DNA from: a virus
Reading direction: 5' to 3' (one strand)
DNA: 64,000 nt
Virus record (IMG/VR): IMGVR_UViG_3300027977_000007
In this document: in pieces, positions 1 through 9,802 of the stretch
Layout of the letters: every line of letters begins with the position of its first letter
Numbering within the stretch: position 1 is the stretch's first letter
Translations under genes and position numbers: made by a program
Notes under the pieces: generated by a model
What the model was told of the DNA's origin: nothing
Database searches by the model: none
The model's input: only the letters and a program-made list of their open reading frames with translations

Positions 1-3000
1 GACCAAATGCTAAATTTTTAGCACCTAGGGTTTCAAGTGTTGGCCCTTGCCTTGTACACTGGTGAAGGAAAGTTAATCTAGAATTTAAACCCTCTGGTGT
101 CATTGAGTGGAAGCTTGGGTGAAAGTATTTTATCTTTTCCCTGAAGCTATCAAATACAAATTTATCAGTATCGGCTAATTTATCAAAATAATTTGATTCA
201 TCGTATAATTTATTAATTATCTTAGTATTAATACGTCTATTCTGTTGAGGTGCTTGATTAACACCATTAGGTGTTATTGTATCTTGTTGTGCTAATTCAG
301 GACTAAACGCAAATGAAACATCCGACTTTCTATCTAATTTACATTGCTGCTCATCTGAGTTACCATCAACTTTACAACCAGTACCAGTTAGTGCTTTACT
401 AGTTTTTATTACCTTTAATCTATTAGTTTTATTTGATATATTTAAGTTGGCATTTAAGTAATTATAAATGCTTTCTGTTCTTTTTTGCGCTAAGATATCA
501 TTGGTTTCCTTAACACCCTGTGGGCTAGCATATGATTGAATGGTTATAGTACAATATACCCCCTTCGTCTCAAGATAATTTTCTAATGCTGGTAGAAAAG
601 CAGGGTCTGATAAACCGCTGTAAACTGGACCATTTGGGTCTACCTTTAAAGAACCATTAAGACCATAGTTATAACCATCATAATATGTTGAAAAAGTTTC
701 TGGTGATATGGGTCCACCATCTGAATCTTTTTGAGGAGTCACTTGTCCTCTAATTAATCCAATACCAAAACCTGTACCTTTACCATCATTTGAATAATCA
801 ATCTTAGTTGTTCCAACAATAGCGTTACCATTATTAAAATCGTTTTGTAATCCATTTTCATAACCTAAATCAGTTATTGTAAGTATATCATAAACATCAT
901 TTGGGTAATATACACTAAAATTAACTGGTGGTACTTCTGGTTCAATTTCTACCTTTTGTGGAAATAAATTAAGATTATTACCATTTGAACTTTCATTACT
1001 TACCGTTAGCTTATCAGCAAACGCAATTGATGGTTCAACACATCCAGCAACAAATGATGCAACATAGTTATCCTCTGGTCCATTAGTTCCTCTAAATGAA
1101 TTCATGTAGCTAGAATGGTCTACAATAATACTAAATGATAGGTTACCACTTCTTTCGGTATTATTATATGTGTAGATTGGTTCACCCCTACCTATAAATT
1201 TATTTGTTTCCCAATCTACACTTGATGTTTCACTAAATTGGATATTATATGGTGGAAACCACATGATTCTACCTCGTTTACCTGTGGTTAAGTCACCACT
1301 TCCTATTTCAACAGGTGGTAAATCTGCTATATCATCTTGCCAAGCTAAGTTTTCAATTGAAAACATATAATTTTTAGGATTTGTTTTCGTACCCTTTGCT
1401 GGGTCGTTTTGTATATCAGTTGTATATGGAGCTATCTTTGGAAATCCATTATCATCAAGCGTTGAATTAATCGTTTGAAATCTATATGGTACCGTTGCAT
1501 TTAGACCAGATTTTCTAACCATCTTAGATACCGTATCATATCTATTTAACGTAGTCCAGCTTCTACAAAATGTATTTTCAGCGTTAGCACCCTTATCTAC
1601 AACACCATTAGCATTGTAAAGCGACCCACTTAAAACAGCACTACCTTTAGATATCCCATCAGCATTAGCTGTTTGTATTTGACTTGATGTCTGACCCATT
1701 TCACCCTTAACAGAAACAATGCTTTTCATTCCTACGCTATTAAATAGCTTTTGTGTTTTAAACAATAGAGATTTTTTGGTATGTAAATCCTCACCTTCTA
1801 TTAACTCATCAAATTCAGTAGACGCATTTACGGCATCGCCATTACCTGTTGTCCATGTAAACCCAACATCACTAATCTTCCTGTTGTTATATCCTACATT
1901 ACCCCTTGGTCCAGTAAAGGTTTCTTCGGGCGATTTAAAGCCATAATCCGACACCATCTTATCTCTTTGGTATGATATCTCAGGTATTACGTTTTTAGGG
2001 TCGCTAGGTTGCGCTATGAAGTTATAAATCGTAGCCTTGTCCGAATTATAAAATGCATATAGGTTTGGATTGATGGCTTTTTCACCTTTATTGTTTAAAT
2101 AACCTGGTGCGTAACCACTCCTAAATGGCGTATTATCTGGATTATCATATTCTCCAGTACCAATAAGATTAGCATTTGCGTTTGTAATAAGTGCAACAAC
2201 TTGTCCTTTACCTGTATTTTCAATCATTGCATTAGCTCTTTCAATATTACCAGAGCTATACTCAGAGGTAAATATTGAACCAGCATCACTTAAATAACTT
2301 CTAGGTACTGTAAAGCCAAGTATACTAGCGGTATAATCAAATACTTGACCAGCGGTACTTGAAGGTATCGTTATCTTATAATTAGGTCTAAAGCCAGTTG
2401 TACCATTACCCTTAGCAATACTTAACATATTATCTGATACGTTCAAGGCACCTAGGATATTTTGTTGAGTATTAAATGCTGCATTATTGGCTAATGATAA
2501 TGCTAATTGTTGTGCACCAATCATACCTAATTTTGTATCATTGATAGCACCAACAGCACCTAACACTCTTCCAGCTAATGATGACCTAATATCAAAATTA
2601 GTAACGATACCAGCCTTGGCAAAACCAAGTCCTTGGCCATTTAATATGCTACCAATAATATTTGCCGCTTCAACACTTCCGCTATCACCAACATTCAATG
2701 CACCATATTCATCAAGATACCCTTTGATTTGTCTATTGATTTCAACTGGTTGAAGACTAATATAATCAGATACGTCTAGTTGTTTAGATGCATCTAAGTA
2801 TTGATTATAAAGCGTTATTTTTTTCCTAAATTCGGCAAATTCTGTCTTACCTAATAAACCAAAATTACTAACATCTTGCGTAGCACTAATTGGATATGAT
2901 TGAGTACCCTGTGGATAATCTACACTACCAAAAACACCTTGAATTGTTTGGATATCATCAATGTTTAATAATGTTGGTGATATACCATCATCATTCTTGA

Positions 3001-3277
3001 ACTTATTTGGTAGTATTGCGGTATTATAATTGTTTAAGCCTTCAACTTCTAATGGAAGACCAATGGGTATTACGTTACTATTACCATTAATACTAGTTTC
3101 AAGTACAGGTTCACCAATTCTAGGACTACCATTTAACGAAGTTGATAATTGAGGATATCTTGGTGATAAGTTTCTATTTAATAAAAAATCCCTTAAACCA
3201 AGACTAGTTGCAGTATTGGTAATACTATTCTTGGTTAATTGTGTTGGTGCACCAACATTATAAAATGGAAATGGCAT
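1..3277 (-). CDS. Baseplate/tail-tube-initiator-like protein with internal OmpA-like domain (3' end beyond window, >1090 aa)
   Basis: Absent from the ORF track, consistent with no stop in the window. ATG at 3277 (MPFPFYNVGAPTQ...). Spot-checked in-frame segments: MWFPPYNIQFSETSSVDWETNKFIGRGEPIYTYNNTERSGNLSF (contractile-tail tube-initiator-like) and ITIQSYASPQGVKETNDILAQKRTESIYNYL (OmpA-like). Lies directly downstream of tape measure. Confidence 0.7.
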   Translation of the reverse strand, partial: MPFPFYNVGAPTQLTKNSITNTATSLGLRDFLLNRNLSPRYPQLSTSLNGSPRIGEPVLETSINGNSNVIPIGLPLEVEGLNNYNTAILPNKFKNDDGISPTLLNIDDIQTIQGVFGSVDYPQGTQSYPISATQDVSNFGLLGKTEFAEFRKKITLYNQYLDASKQLDVSDYISLQPVEINRQIKGYLDEYGALNVGDSGSVEAANIIGSILNGQGLGFAKAGIVTNFDIRSSLAGRVLGAVGAINDTKLGMIGAQQLALSLANNAAFNTQQNILGALNVSDNMLSIAKGNGTTGFRPNYKITIPSSTAGQVFDYTASILGFTVPRSYLSDAGSIFTSEYSSGNIERANAMIENTGKGQVVALITNANANLIGTGEYDNPDNTPFRSGYAPGYLNNKGEKAINPNLYAFYNSDKATIYNFIAQPSDPKNVIPEISYQRDKMVSDYGFKSPEETFTGPRGNVGYNNRKISDVGFTWTTGNGDAVNASTEFDELIEGEDLHTKKSLLFKTQKLFNSVGMKSIVSVKGEMGQTSSQIQTANADGISKGSAVLSGSLYNANGVVDKGANAENTFCRSWTTLNRYDTVSKMVRKSGLNATVPYRFQTINSTLDDNGFPKIAPYTTDIQNDPAKGTKTNPKNYMFSIENLAWQDDIADLPPVEIGSGDLTTGKRGRIMWFPPYNIQFSETSSVDWETNKFIGRGEPIYTYNNTERSGNLSFSIIVDHSSYMNSFRGTNGPEDNYVASFVAGCVEPSIAFADKLTVSNESSNGNNLNLFPQKVEIEPEVPPVNFSVYYPNDVYDILTITDLGYENGLQNDFNNGNAIVGTTKIDYSNDGKGTGFGIGLIRGQVTPQKDSDGGPISPETFSTYYDGYNYGLNGSLKVDPNGPVYSGLSDPAFLPALENYLETKGVYCTITIQSYASPQGVKETNDILAQKRTESIYNYLNANLNISNKTNRLKVIKTSKALTGTGCKVDGNSDEQQCKLDRKSDVSFAFSPELAQQDTITPNGVNQAPQQNRRINTKIINKLYDESNYFDKLADTDKFVFDSFREKIKYFHPSFHSMTPEGLNSRLTFLHQCTRQGPTLETLGAKNLAFG

Positions 3278-3426
3278 AGTACTTTCTATATAAATACTAT
3301 GATAAGGTAATTTTTACTAAAATAAATGATTAATTATTATTAGTTATACTATATGTATTATACTATTATTTTGTTACTATAGTATTATTATTATATAGTT
3401 AATTACAATTTTTTAACTAATTTATA

Positions 3427-3457
3427 CAAATTTACTACTTTTTTCTGACAAAAACAA
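3427..3457 (-). promoter_or_regulatory. Bacteroidota-type sigmaA promoter firing into a non-coding AT-rich tract
   Basis: Minus strand TTG-N20-TAAATTTG matches the -33 TTG / -7 TAnnTTTG consensus. Confidence 0.6.
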
Positions 3458-3504
3458 GTATTATTTGAAAATAGTTATTAAATAGTTGATTATCAACCAA
3501 ATAA

Positions 3505-5922
3505 TTATCCTTTTTGAACTTGATTAACTGACCTTTGCATTTCAACCTTAATCATTTTGCTAATATCTCGTATGAACATTGGGTCTTTCAATAAATCTAC
3601 ACCCATTGATTGGTTACCTGGTATAGAAATCATTAAGCTTCCATTGATATTTAGGTCTGAAAACACATGCTTTATTATACCAGGTTTAGATTCTGCTTTT
3701 GATGCAAATTTATCAATAGCACCACCCTTTTTCATCGCTATTAAGTCATCTTTATTATCAATCGGTGTTATTTTACCATTTTGAATAATACCTCTACCTT
3801 TATCATAGTTGCTACCTAACTTTGGACCGCTATTTCCAATAATACCATCTCCAATAGGGCTAGTAAAAAAAGCATCTGATGCTGCGTAATCACCAATAAC
3901 CTTACCACCAAAAGCACCTACTCCTGCGCCAATCAAAGCACCAATAGCGGTTCCAAAACCTGGTATAATACTACCAATAGAAGCCCCTAATAATGCCCCA
4001 CCAGCGACACCACCAGCAAGACCACCAGCAATACCAGCAACGTAACCTGTAACCGTATCATCATTACCCATTGCGCTAGAAGCTTTACTTCCAAGCCACA
4101 TACCAACCCCAGTACCTACGGCTGTACCAATCAATGGGCCAGCAATTTTACCAAAACCCTTAGCTAATTCCATGACTCCACCTTTACCTTGTGTAACTGT
4201 ATTAAAACCCAAACCCAATTCAACTCCATAGGCATACCAAGTAGCTGCTTTCGCTAAAGCCCATGTACCAAAAAAACCTATTAATGAAGCAACTGGATTG
4301 TCTAATATAAGACCAGCAATACCTGAAACTAAATTACCAATTTCTTTGGCAAATCCACCAATTTTATCCAACCAACCACCTTGTTTCATTTCCATGGTAA
4401 AACCATCTAGACTAGGTAATAATCTTGTATTTATCGCATCAATAAACGGTAATAATGATTTTTTAAATAAATTAACCGTATTATTAAATGCTTCATCAAA
4501 GGTTCTAGCTTCTTTAGCTAATTCTTTAAGCGTTTTTTCTTCTTTACTTTGCGCTTCTAGGCTAGCTAAGTCCATTTGTGTTATTTGACTGACCAACTTC
4601 TTAACTGGTTTACCGTTAACCATAAATTCAATGTTAGCTTTACCATCTTCAAAAGTTGCAGTGTTCGTAATAAATTCTTGAATTTCTGGGTCACTAACGC
4701 TAAATGATAACTGAGACCTAATCTTAGTATACTTTGCAGCATTTTTACCAGCTGTTACTAGGTCATCATAGGCAACACCAGTTTGTTCGGCAATCTTTCT
4801 AAGCCTATGCATTTCAAGTGCTGATACTTGAAATTCACCTGATTCTTTATTAAAATGTACCGATGATTCAGCTGCCTTACCAAGTTCTTTAGTTAATCCT
4901 TCCATATCATTACGAGCCAAATACATTAAACGAAACGGGTCAGCCATTTGCGCCCAAGCACCACCCATAACTTGCAATTGAGCTGACATATCAACGGCAC
5001 CTTCAATATCAAATAACTTGTCAGCCATACCAGTAATTGAATTCATTTCAATACCCAATTTAGTAGTCGTTTCAGCCATCTTAATCAGGCCCTTAACACC
5101 ACCCTTAAAGCTATACTTATTTAATAGCTTAAAGTTTTGTTGCATGTTCTTAATAATCTCAGATGCATTTAAACCTAATTTAGAACTGGTATTGACTGAT
5201 TCTTCAATCAAGTCTCTAGTCCTTTCAGCTGATATACCCTGCATTTCAAAATCAGCTGCCATCTTTGCAGCACCTTCAGCACCTAAGCCAGTACCCTTAG
5301 CCATCTCACTAATAGCTTCAAGACCCTTACGGCCCAATAGTACTGAACGCCCTAATTCATCACTATAATCAGATTGGTACTTAGCTAATTCTTCGATACC
5401 ATCACCAATCTCTAAGGTACTATTTGCAGCCTCTGTTATATCAAAACGTAACATCTTAGATTGATTGGTCATCAATCCCATGTTAAGACTAGATTGCTTG
5501 ATGGCTTTATCCATCTTAAACAATCCATATGAAGATATTTTATCTAGAGTTTTATTAACGGTATTTGGTATATCAAGTATACCCTTAGCAACCATACCAA
5601 GACCCTTAGCGGATATTAATAAACCTTTATTGGTCTCTTTACTTGCTTCTTGATACCTCTTTATGTTAGCCTTAATTGATTCACCCTCTTTCTTTAGTAA
5701 TTTAATTTTTGCTTCAATTAAATCTATTTCATCTTGAGTTGCTCCAATTTTGTCTTTTTCAAGTTGAAGGATTATTTCATCTTGACGAACCAATTCTTTT
5801 TGTAATGCGGTCATGGTTTTTAAACCAGATAAATAACCCTCTAAGCTATTACCCATTTCAGCCCTAATCCTAGCACTTTCCTTTAATAAATTAATTTGTT
5901 TTTGTAATTCATCATTATCCAT
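3505..5922 (-). CDS. Tail tape measure protein
   Basis: 805 aa, alpha-helical and Ala/Lys/Glu-rich, with a C-terminal glycine-zipper hydrophobic region. Lies between chaperone/tube genes and a baseplate gene. Confidence 0.8.
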   Translation of the reverse strand: MDNDELQKQINLLKESARIRAEMGNSLEGYLSGLKTMTALQKELVRQDEIILQLEKDKIGATQDEIDLIEAKIKLLKKEGESIKANIKRYQEASKETNKGLLISAKGLGMVAKGILDIPNTVNKTLDKISSYGLFKMDKAIKQSSLNMGLMTNQSKMLRFDITEAANSTLEIGDGIEELAKYQSDYSDELGRSVLLGRKGLEAISEMAKGTGLGAEGAAKMAADFEMQGISAERTRDLIEESVNTSSKLGLNASEIIKNMQQNFKLLNKYSFKGGVKGLIKMAETTTKLGIEMNSITGMADKLFDIEGAVDMSAQLQVMGGAWAQMADPFRLMYLARNDMEGLTKELGKAAESSVHFNKESGEFQVSALEMHRLRKIAEQTGVAYDDLVTAGKNAAKYTKIRSQLSFSVSDPEIQEFITNTATFEDGKANIEFMVNGKPVKKLVSQITQMDLASLEAQSKEEKTLKELAKEARTFDEAFNNTVNLFKKSLLPFIDAINTRLLPSLDGFTMEMKQGGWLDKIGGFAKEIGNLVSGIAGLILDNPVASLIGFFGTWALAKAATWYAYGVELGLGFNTVTQGKGGVMELAKGFGKIAGPLIGTAVGTGVGMWLGSKASSAMGNDDTVTGYVAGIAGGLAGGVAGGALLGASIGSIIPGFGTAIGALIGAGVGAFGGKVIGDYAASDAFFTSPIGDGIIGNSGPKLGSNYDKGRGIIQNGKITPIDNKDDLIAMKKGGAIDKFASKAESKPGIIKHVFSDLNINGSLMISIPGNQSMGVDLLKDPMFIRDISKMIKVEMQRSVNQVQKG

Positions 5923-5928
5923 AATATA

Positions 5929-7053
5929 TTAGTTTGTAGATGTTGTTGTATTAGTTGTTGTTGTACCAGATGTGGTATCAGATTTGGTAATAGCAATTGG
6001 TTTATAACCTGGAGAAGCTACACCTCTAATTATTTCAATCCTTATTCTATTTTTTTCTCTGTAAGGTTTATCGTTATTTTTAATTACTAATATACAACTA
6101 AAACCATCTTTTTTCCCCTTTATTGGGTCTTTAATTTCTAATTCAAAAGTTAGACCACTATTTTTACTAACAAGAATAGGGTAATAACCCAGTCTATTAT
6201 CAACCGTTGATTTATATTCTGTTTTTTGTTGTTCGTCAACGTTAAAAATTGTTTTGTTATCTGATACAATGTTTTTAGAGTCTAAAAACATAAAAGTAAT
6301 TTCTTTACCCTCTATGAATTCAGCCTTTAAATAATCAGTATATTTTTTATTATTATATGTACGGAGTAAATTTAAAACGCTATAAATACCCTTACCAACA
6401 GCTCTCTTACCCGTTAATTCAGCAACAAATAGATTTAAAAAACTTGGTTGTGAATAAAATGCTTTTTTTAATAATGGGTCTTTTGATATCATATCATACG
6501 CTATCTTAGCATCATCTAAAATACCCTCCGTACTACCAGTAGTAGTAGTACCAGTAGTAGTATCTGGTGGTGTAACTAAATCTTCCGAGTCATCACCACC
6601 TCCAACGTATGGATGGAAATTAATTATATTATTAAGTTTAATATATTTATTTTTTAGTGTCTTATTACTACCAATAAATTGTAGTGTAAAACTAGAACCG
6701 TCAGTTGTTATAATATTTTTATTTTTAAGGTATATATCAATAGCTTCTTCGTCACCATCAAATTCACCATTACCTAAATTAATATTTATAGCTAAATTAG
6801 TAAATTTTTTTACTAATTTTGCGTTATCTTTTTTAACACTAAAGACATATGTACTATCATCATTTGATACATAACTTAAAACTAATTCGTTGTTACTTTT
6901 TGTGGTTAATACGATATCATCATAATGGTCGACCATCTTAGTTAAATCCAATAATACTTTACCTAACTTAACCATTGTAGTCTTATCATACTTAGACTCA
7001 TTGATATGGTCCTCAATAAGTTTTAATTGTCGTTCATTAATTATTAATTTCAT
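5929..7053 (-). CDS. Hypothetical virion (head-internal-type) protein with Thr-rich tracts
   Basis: Start moved to ATG 7053 (MKLIINERQLKLIEDHINE) because the late motif at 7066-7073 and the terminator at 7084-7108 lie inside the longer ORF call. Confidence 0.6.
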   Translation of the reverse strand: MKLIINERQLKLIEDHINESKYDKTTMVKLGKVLLDLTKMVDHYDDIVLTTKSNNELVLSYVSNDDSTYVFSVKKDNAKLVKKFTNLAININLGNGEFDGDEEAIDIYLKNKNIITTDGSSFTLQFIGSNKTLKNKYIKLNNIINFHPYVGGGDDSEDLVTPPDTTTGTTTTGSTEGILDDAKIAYDMISKDPLLKKAFYSQPSFLNLFVAELTGKRAVGKGIYSVLNLLRTYNNKKYTDYLKAEFIEGKEITFMFLDSKNIVSDNKTIFNVDEQQKTEYKSTVDNRLGYYPILVSKNSGLTFELEIKDPIKGKKDGFSCILVIKNNDKPYREKNRIRIEIIRGVASPGYKPIAITKSDTTSGTTTTNTTTSTN

Positions 7054-7083
7054 GATTCTTTTATTATAAATATTAGTTAAAAT

Positions 7084-7108
7084 AAAAATACCCACAATGT
7101 GGGTATTT
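7084..7108 (-). terminator. Intrinsic terminator
   Basis: AAATACCCAC-AAT-GTGGGTATTT stem with a U-run on the minus strand. Confidence 0.7.
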
Positions 7109-7110
7109 AA

Positions 7111-7389
7111 TTAACTTAATGGTATATCACCGTTTTTAAGTCTTTGCTTCAGTGCGGAACCAGAAACCCTGCTTGTTCTAGAACCCTTACCACTTTTAGT
7201 CGATTGTTGTTCTCTCATTTTTTCTTGATGTTCTTCACGTTCTCTATAATCTTTGGTTAACAACCCTAAAAAGAATCGTCTCTCATATGTTGGCATCATT
7301 AATACATCTGAATAAGTAACACCCTTTAAGTGTTGAAGACAAAGATAAATCTCTTCTAATAATGGTACCTTATAATTAGCGGTTAGGCC
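7111..7389 (-). CDS. Second (frameshifted) segment of tail assembly chaperone, gpGT-like
   Basis: Frame is open from the T7 run at 7390-7396 (GLTANYKVPLLEEIYLCLQHLKGVTYSDVLMMPTYERRFFL...) with no canonical start until 7299. Confidence 0.65.
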   Translation of the reverse strand, partial: GLTANYKVPLLEEIYLCLQHLKGVTYSDVLMMPTYERRFFLGLLTKDYREREEHQEKMREQQSTKSGKGSRTSRVSGSALKQRLKNGDIPLS

Positions 7390-8641
7390 AAAAAAAGTTT
7401 CGGTTAAGGGGAAGAAATGTTGTTATGGACCCACCTCTTGGAGTCCCAATAGTAATATCCAAATCAATACCACTTTCAATCTTATCAATATATTGAGTTA
7501 ATGCCTTAGCATCTTTTATTGTAATGTTGCTAGCAAATTCAGTAATTAAGTTTTTATCCCTTATGCCATCAATTTCAACAAAGGTTTTTTGAAGAATATA
7601 TGTGCTACTATTATTAACTGGTAAATTATTAGCCTTATCCTTAGCTAACATAACCTCAATGTCATCAACATCACCACAAGTTAATAGTTTAAACTTGATT
7701 TGTCTTTTAGATAATGGTAATACAAAATGAAATAATCCTTCTTCATCTGGCTCAGCACCCAACTTTTTATACTTTAAATCATTTAAGTTAATTTCAGTAT
7801 CAAATGGTTGACCATCTTCATCCAATAATGTAACTGGATACATCTCACCATACGCTGTGGCCCTTAAATAAATCATAAGAGCATTCCTGTCACCAATGTG
7901 TAAATCTCTGTACCTTAAATCTGGTTCTAACATTTTTCTATTAAATAGAATAGATAAAAATTGTCCACTTTCAATTAAGTTAGGACTGGTAAGAATATTT
8001 TCATCAGCAGTAGTCATAAATGATACTCTAATGCTAGGTTTCTTATTTCTATATAACTTACCTTCAGATGGTAACGGTACCGTATCTTGTGCTGTATTAT
8101 AGTTTGGTTGATTCAATTCAATTAAATATGAATCAATATTCGGTACTTGTTGTGGTATATTCATAGATTCTTTAGTTGGTTGTTGTGCCGATGGGTTATA
8201 TTGTGGTTGATATGTTGTAGGTTCATATGTTTTAGGTTCGTATGTTTGATTAATTAAACCTTCAGATGCTCTATGGTAATTATCGGTTTGTGTTTGATTA
8301 TTCGATAATGCTGCATCTCTAAGCTTCATTTGTTCTTCAGCTTTTGTTCTTATCGCTAAGACTTCTTGGTCATATCTAGATAATACTGGCCTTGGATTTT
8401 CAGATAGGTTTGGTTCAACAACCGTACCATTGGTCTTAAGCATATTTAATTGTGCTTCGGTTCTAAGTCGCATAGCCTCTACAGCATCTATATGTGTGAC
8501 TGGTGTATCTGTTGGTTGAGCCGCATTAGCATATATTTCATTGGTTGCATTAGCCTTTTCAGCCTCAAACTTTGCTATTCTCGCCCTTTCGTCAGCCTCA
8601 TTTTTTTGAGCTTGGTTTGGTATTACATTTGGTTTTTCCAT
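7376..8641 (-). CDS. Tail assembly chaperone / baseplate hub assembly protein (T4 gp26-like C-terminal part)
   Basis: Motifs VPLPSEGKLY, MTTADENILTSPNL and DLHIGDRNALMIYLRATAYG; ends NFFWPNR. Low-complexity Q/P-rich N-terminal extension. Lies between tube and tape measure. Confidence 0.65.
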   Translation of the reverse strand: MEKPNVIPNQAQKNEADERARIAKFEAEKANATNEIYANAAQPTDTPVTHIDAVEAMRLRTEAQLNMLKTNGTVVEPNLSENPRPVLSRYDQEVLAIRTKAEEQMKLRDAALSNNQTQTDNYHRASEGLINQTYEPKTYEPTTYQPQYNPSAQQPTKESMNIPQQVPNIDSYLIELNQPNYNTAQDTVPLPSEGKLYRNKKPSIRVSFMTTADENILTSPNLIESGQFLSILFNRKMLEPDLRYRDLHIGDRNALMIYLRATAYGEMYPVTLLDEDGQPFDTEINLNDLKYKKLGAEPDEEGLFHFVLPLSKRQIKFKLLTCGDVDDIEVMLAKDKANNLPVNNSSTYILQKTFVEIDGIRDKNLITEFASNITIKDAKALTQYIDKIESGIDLDITIGTPRGGSITTFLPLNRNFFWPNR

Positions 8642-8712
8642 AATTTATTCTTATTCATAAATATATGTCATTAAACTTTTTTTGTAAAGATTATAGCGTT
8701 AATTATAATAAT

Positions 8713-8743
8713 AAAAAATGACCACTAAAATTTAGTGGTCATT
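8713..8743 (-). terminator. Intrinsic terminator
   Basis: AATGACCACTAAA / TTTAGTGGTCATT inverted repeat followed by a U-run on the minus strand. Confidence 0.7.
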
Positions 8744-8746
8744 CTT

Positions 8747-8784
8747 AAAGAATTCTTATAAGTCAATGTTTTGATAGAGTAAAA
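8747..8784. repeat. 38-bp direct repeat, copy 1 (flanks endonuclease)
   Basis: AAAGAATTCTTATAAGTCAATGTTTTGATAGAGTAAAA, identical to 9783-9820. Confidence 0.95.
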
Positions 8785-8865
8785 CAATAAAATTATTATA
8801 ATCTCTTGATAATCAGATAAATAAAATTAATTAAATATTTTTTATTTTTAAAAACTTTAAAATAC

Positions 8866-9753
8866 TTAAATATTTAATTTTAATTGTTTAATAACCCATT
8901 CTGGTCTCTCATTAATATCCTTCTCCCAAAATCTAATTAACATATAATTATTATTAATACACCATTCTTCTTTTCTTTCATCTTGTTTTAAATTACTTAT
9001 CTGTGCTGCATATTTTGGTATTTTAAAGTTAGAATCTGGGTTACAATGCCAATAATCACCGTCAACCTCAATTAATATTTTCTTACCAGAAATTTTAAAA
9101 TCAAACAATGCTTTTAATTCCCTAACGTAGTATTGCGAATAAAAATCAACCTCTTCTATTAAATTTAATTCATTAATAAGAAATTTCTTAAAAGTTTCCT
9201 CAAGTTTTGATTTAACTTGAAACCCATTACTCATAATATACAACATTCTTCTATGAGATTGTTTTTCACGTTCATCTAGATTGGACCACCTAATACTAGC
9301 GGTTTCGCTCAATTTAAGTTTATGTTCATCACTTTTTGGTATACCGCTTAAAGCTTGTGAAATATTATTACCACGCTCTGGGTTACTCATCGTTTTTCTG
9401 GTGTTTTCAGCAACCCTAGGGTCCTCTTTGGTTAAACCATCATTCCATACCTTTAACGTTCCAGCATCGTGCATCTTCTTTTGCGTTTCATGTGATTTTT
9501 TTAGAGCTTCTGGATTATGCCCCCAGTTATTGTTGACTCTAGCAGCATGACCACGAATAAAGTCTCTAAAACCAGCGTCAATACCCAAGTATTTAGGTTT
9601 CTCACCACAACCACATTTACAGATAGGCTCAACACCCTCCAAAACATATTCAATATAAGTTTTTTCAGCATCAACACCATGTTTCTGTTTATTATGTCTC
9701 CTAAGAGAATCCAATGTTTCAAACTCTCTTTCACATTTTTTACATTTTACCAT
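8866..9753 (-). CDS. Free-standing homing endonuclease: C2H2 zinc finger + NUMOD3-like + Vsr/DUF559 (EDxHD-like) nuclease
   Basis: Motifs CKKC...HNKQKH, CKCGCGE, PKSDEHKLKLSE, FDFKISGKKILIEVDGDYWH and LIRFWEKDI. Start set at ATG 9753, downstream of its own promoter. Confidence 0.8.
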   Translation of the reverse strand: MVKCKKCEREFETLDSLRRHNKQKHGVDAEKTYIEYVLEGVEPICKCGCGEKPKYLGIDAGFRDFIRGHAARVNNNWGHNPEALKKSHETQKKMHDAGTLKVWNDGLTKEDPRVAENTRKTMSNPERGNNISQALSGIPKSDEHKLKLSETASIRWSNLDEREKQSHRRMLYIMSNGFQVKSKLEETFKKFLINELNLIEEVDFYSQYYVRELKALFDFKISGKKILIEVDGDYWHCNPDSNFKIPKYAAQISNLKQDERKEEWCINNNYMLIRFWEKDINERPEWVIKQLKLNI

Positions 9754-9760
9754 AAATAAA

Positions 9761-9802
9761 AATTCTTTCAGCAAATATACTGAAAGAATTCTTATAAGTC
9801 AA
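9761..9802 (-). promoter_or_regulatory. Bacteroidota-type promoter of the endonuclease, with the -7 element in a hairpin loop
   Basis: TTG(9802-9800)-N20-TATATTTG(9779-9772). The 8-nt element is bracketed by an 11-bp inverted repeat AATTCTTTCAG/CTGAAAGAATT. Confidence 0.65.

Noticed and set aside
8866-9753. Group I intron or intein hosting the endonuclease
   Set aside because: The flanking genes are intact and uninterrupted, no intron core or intein motifs are recognised, and the gene has its own promoter.
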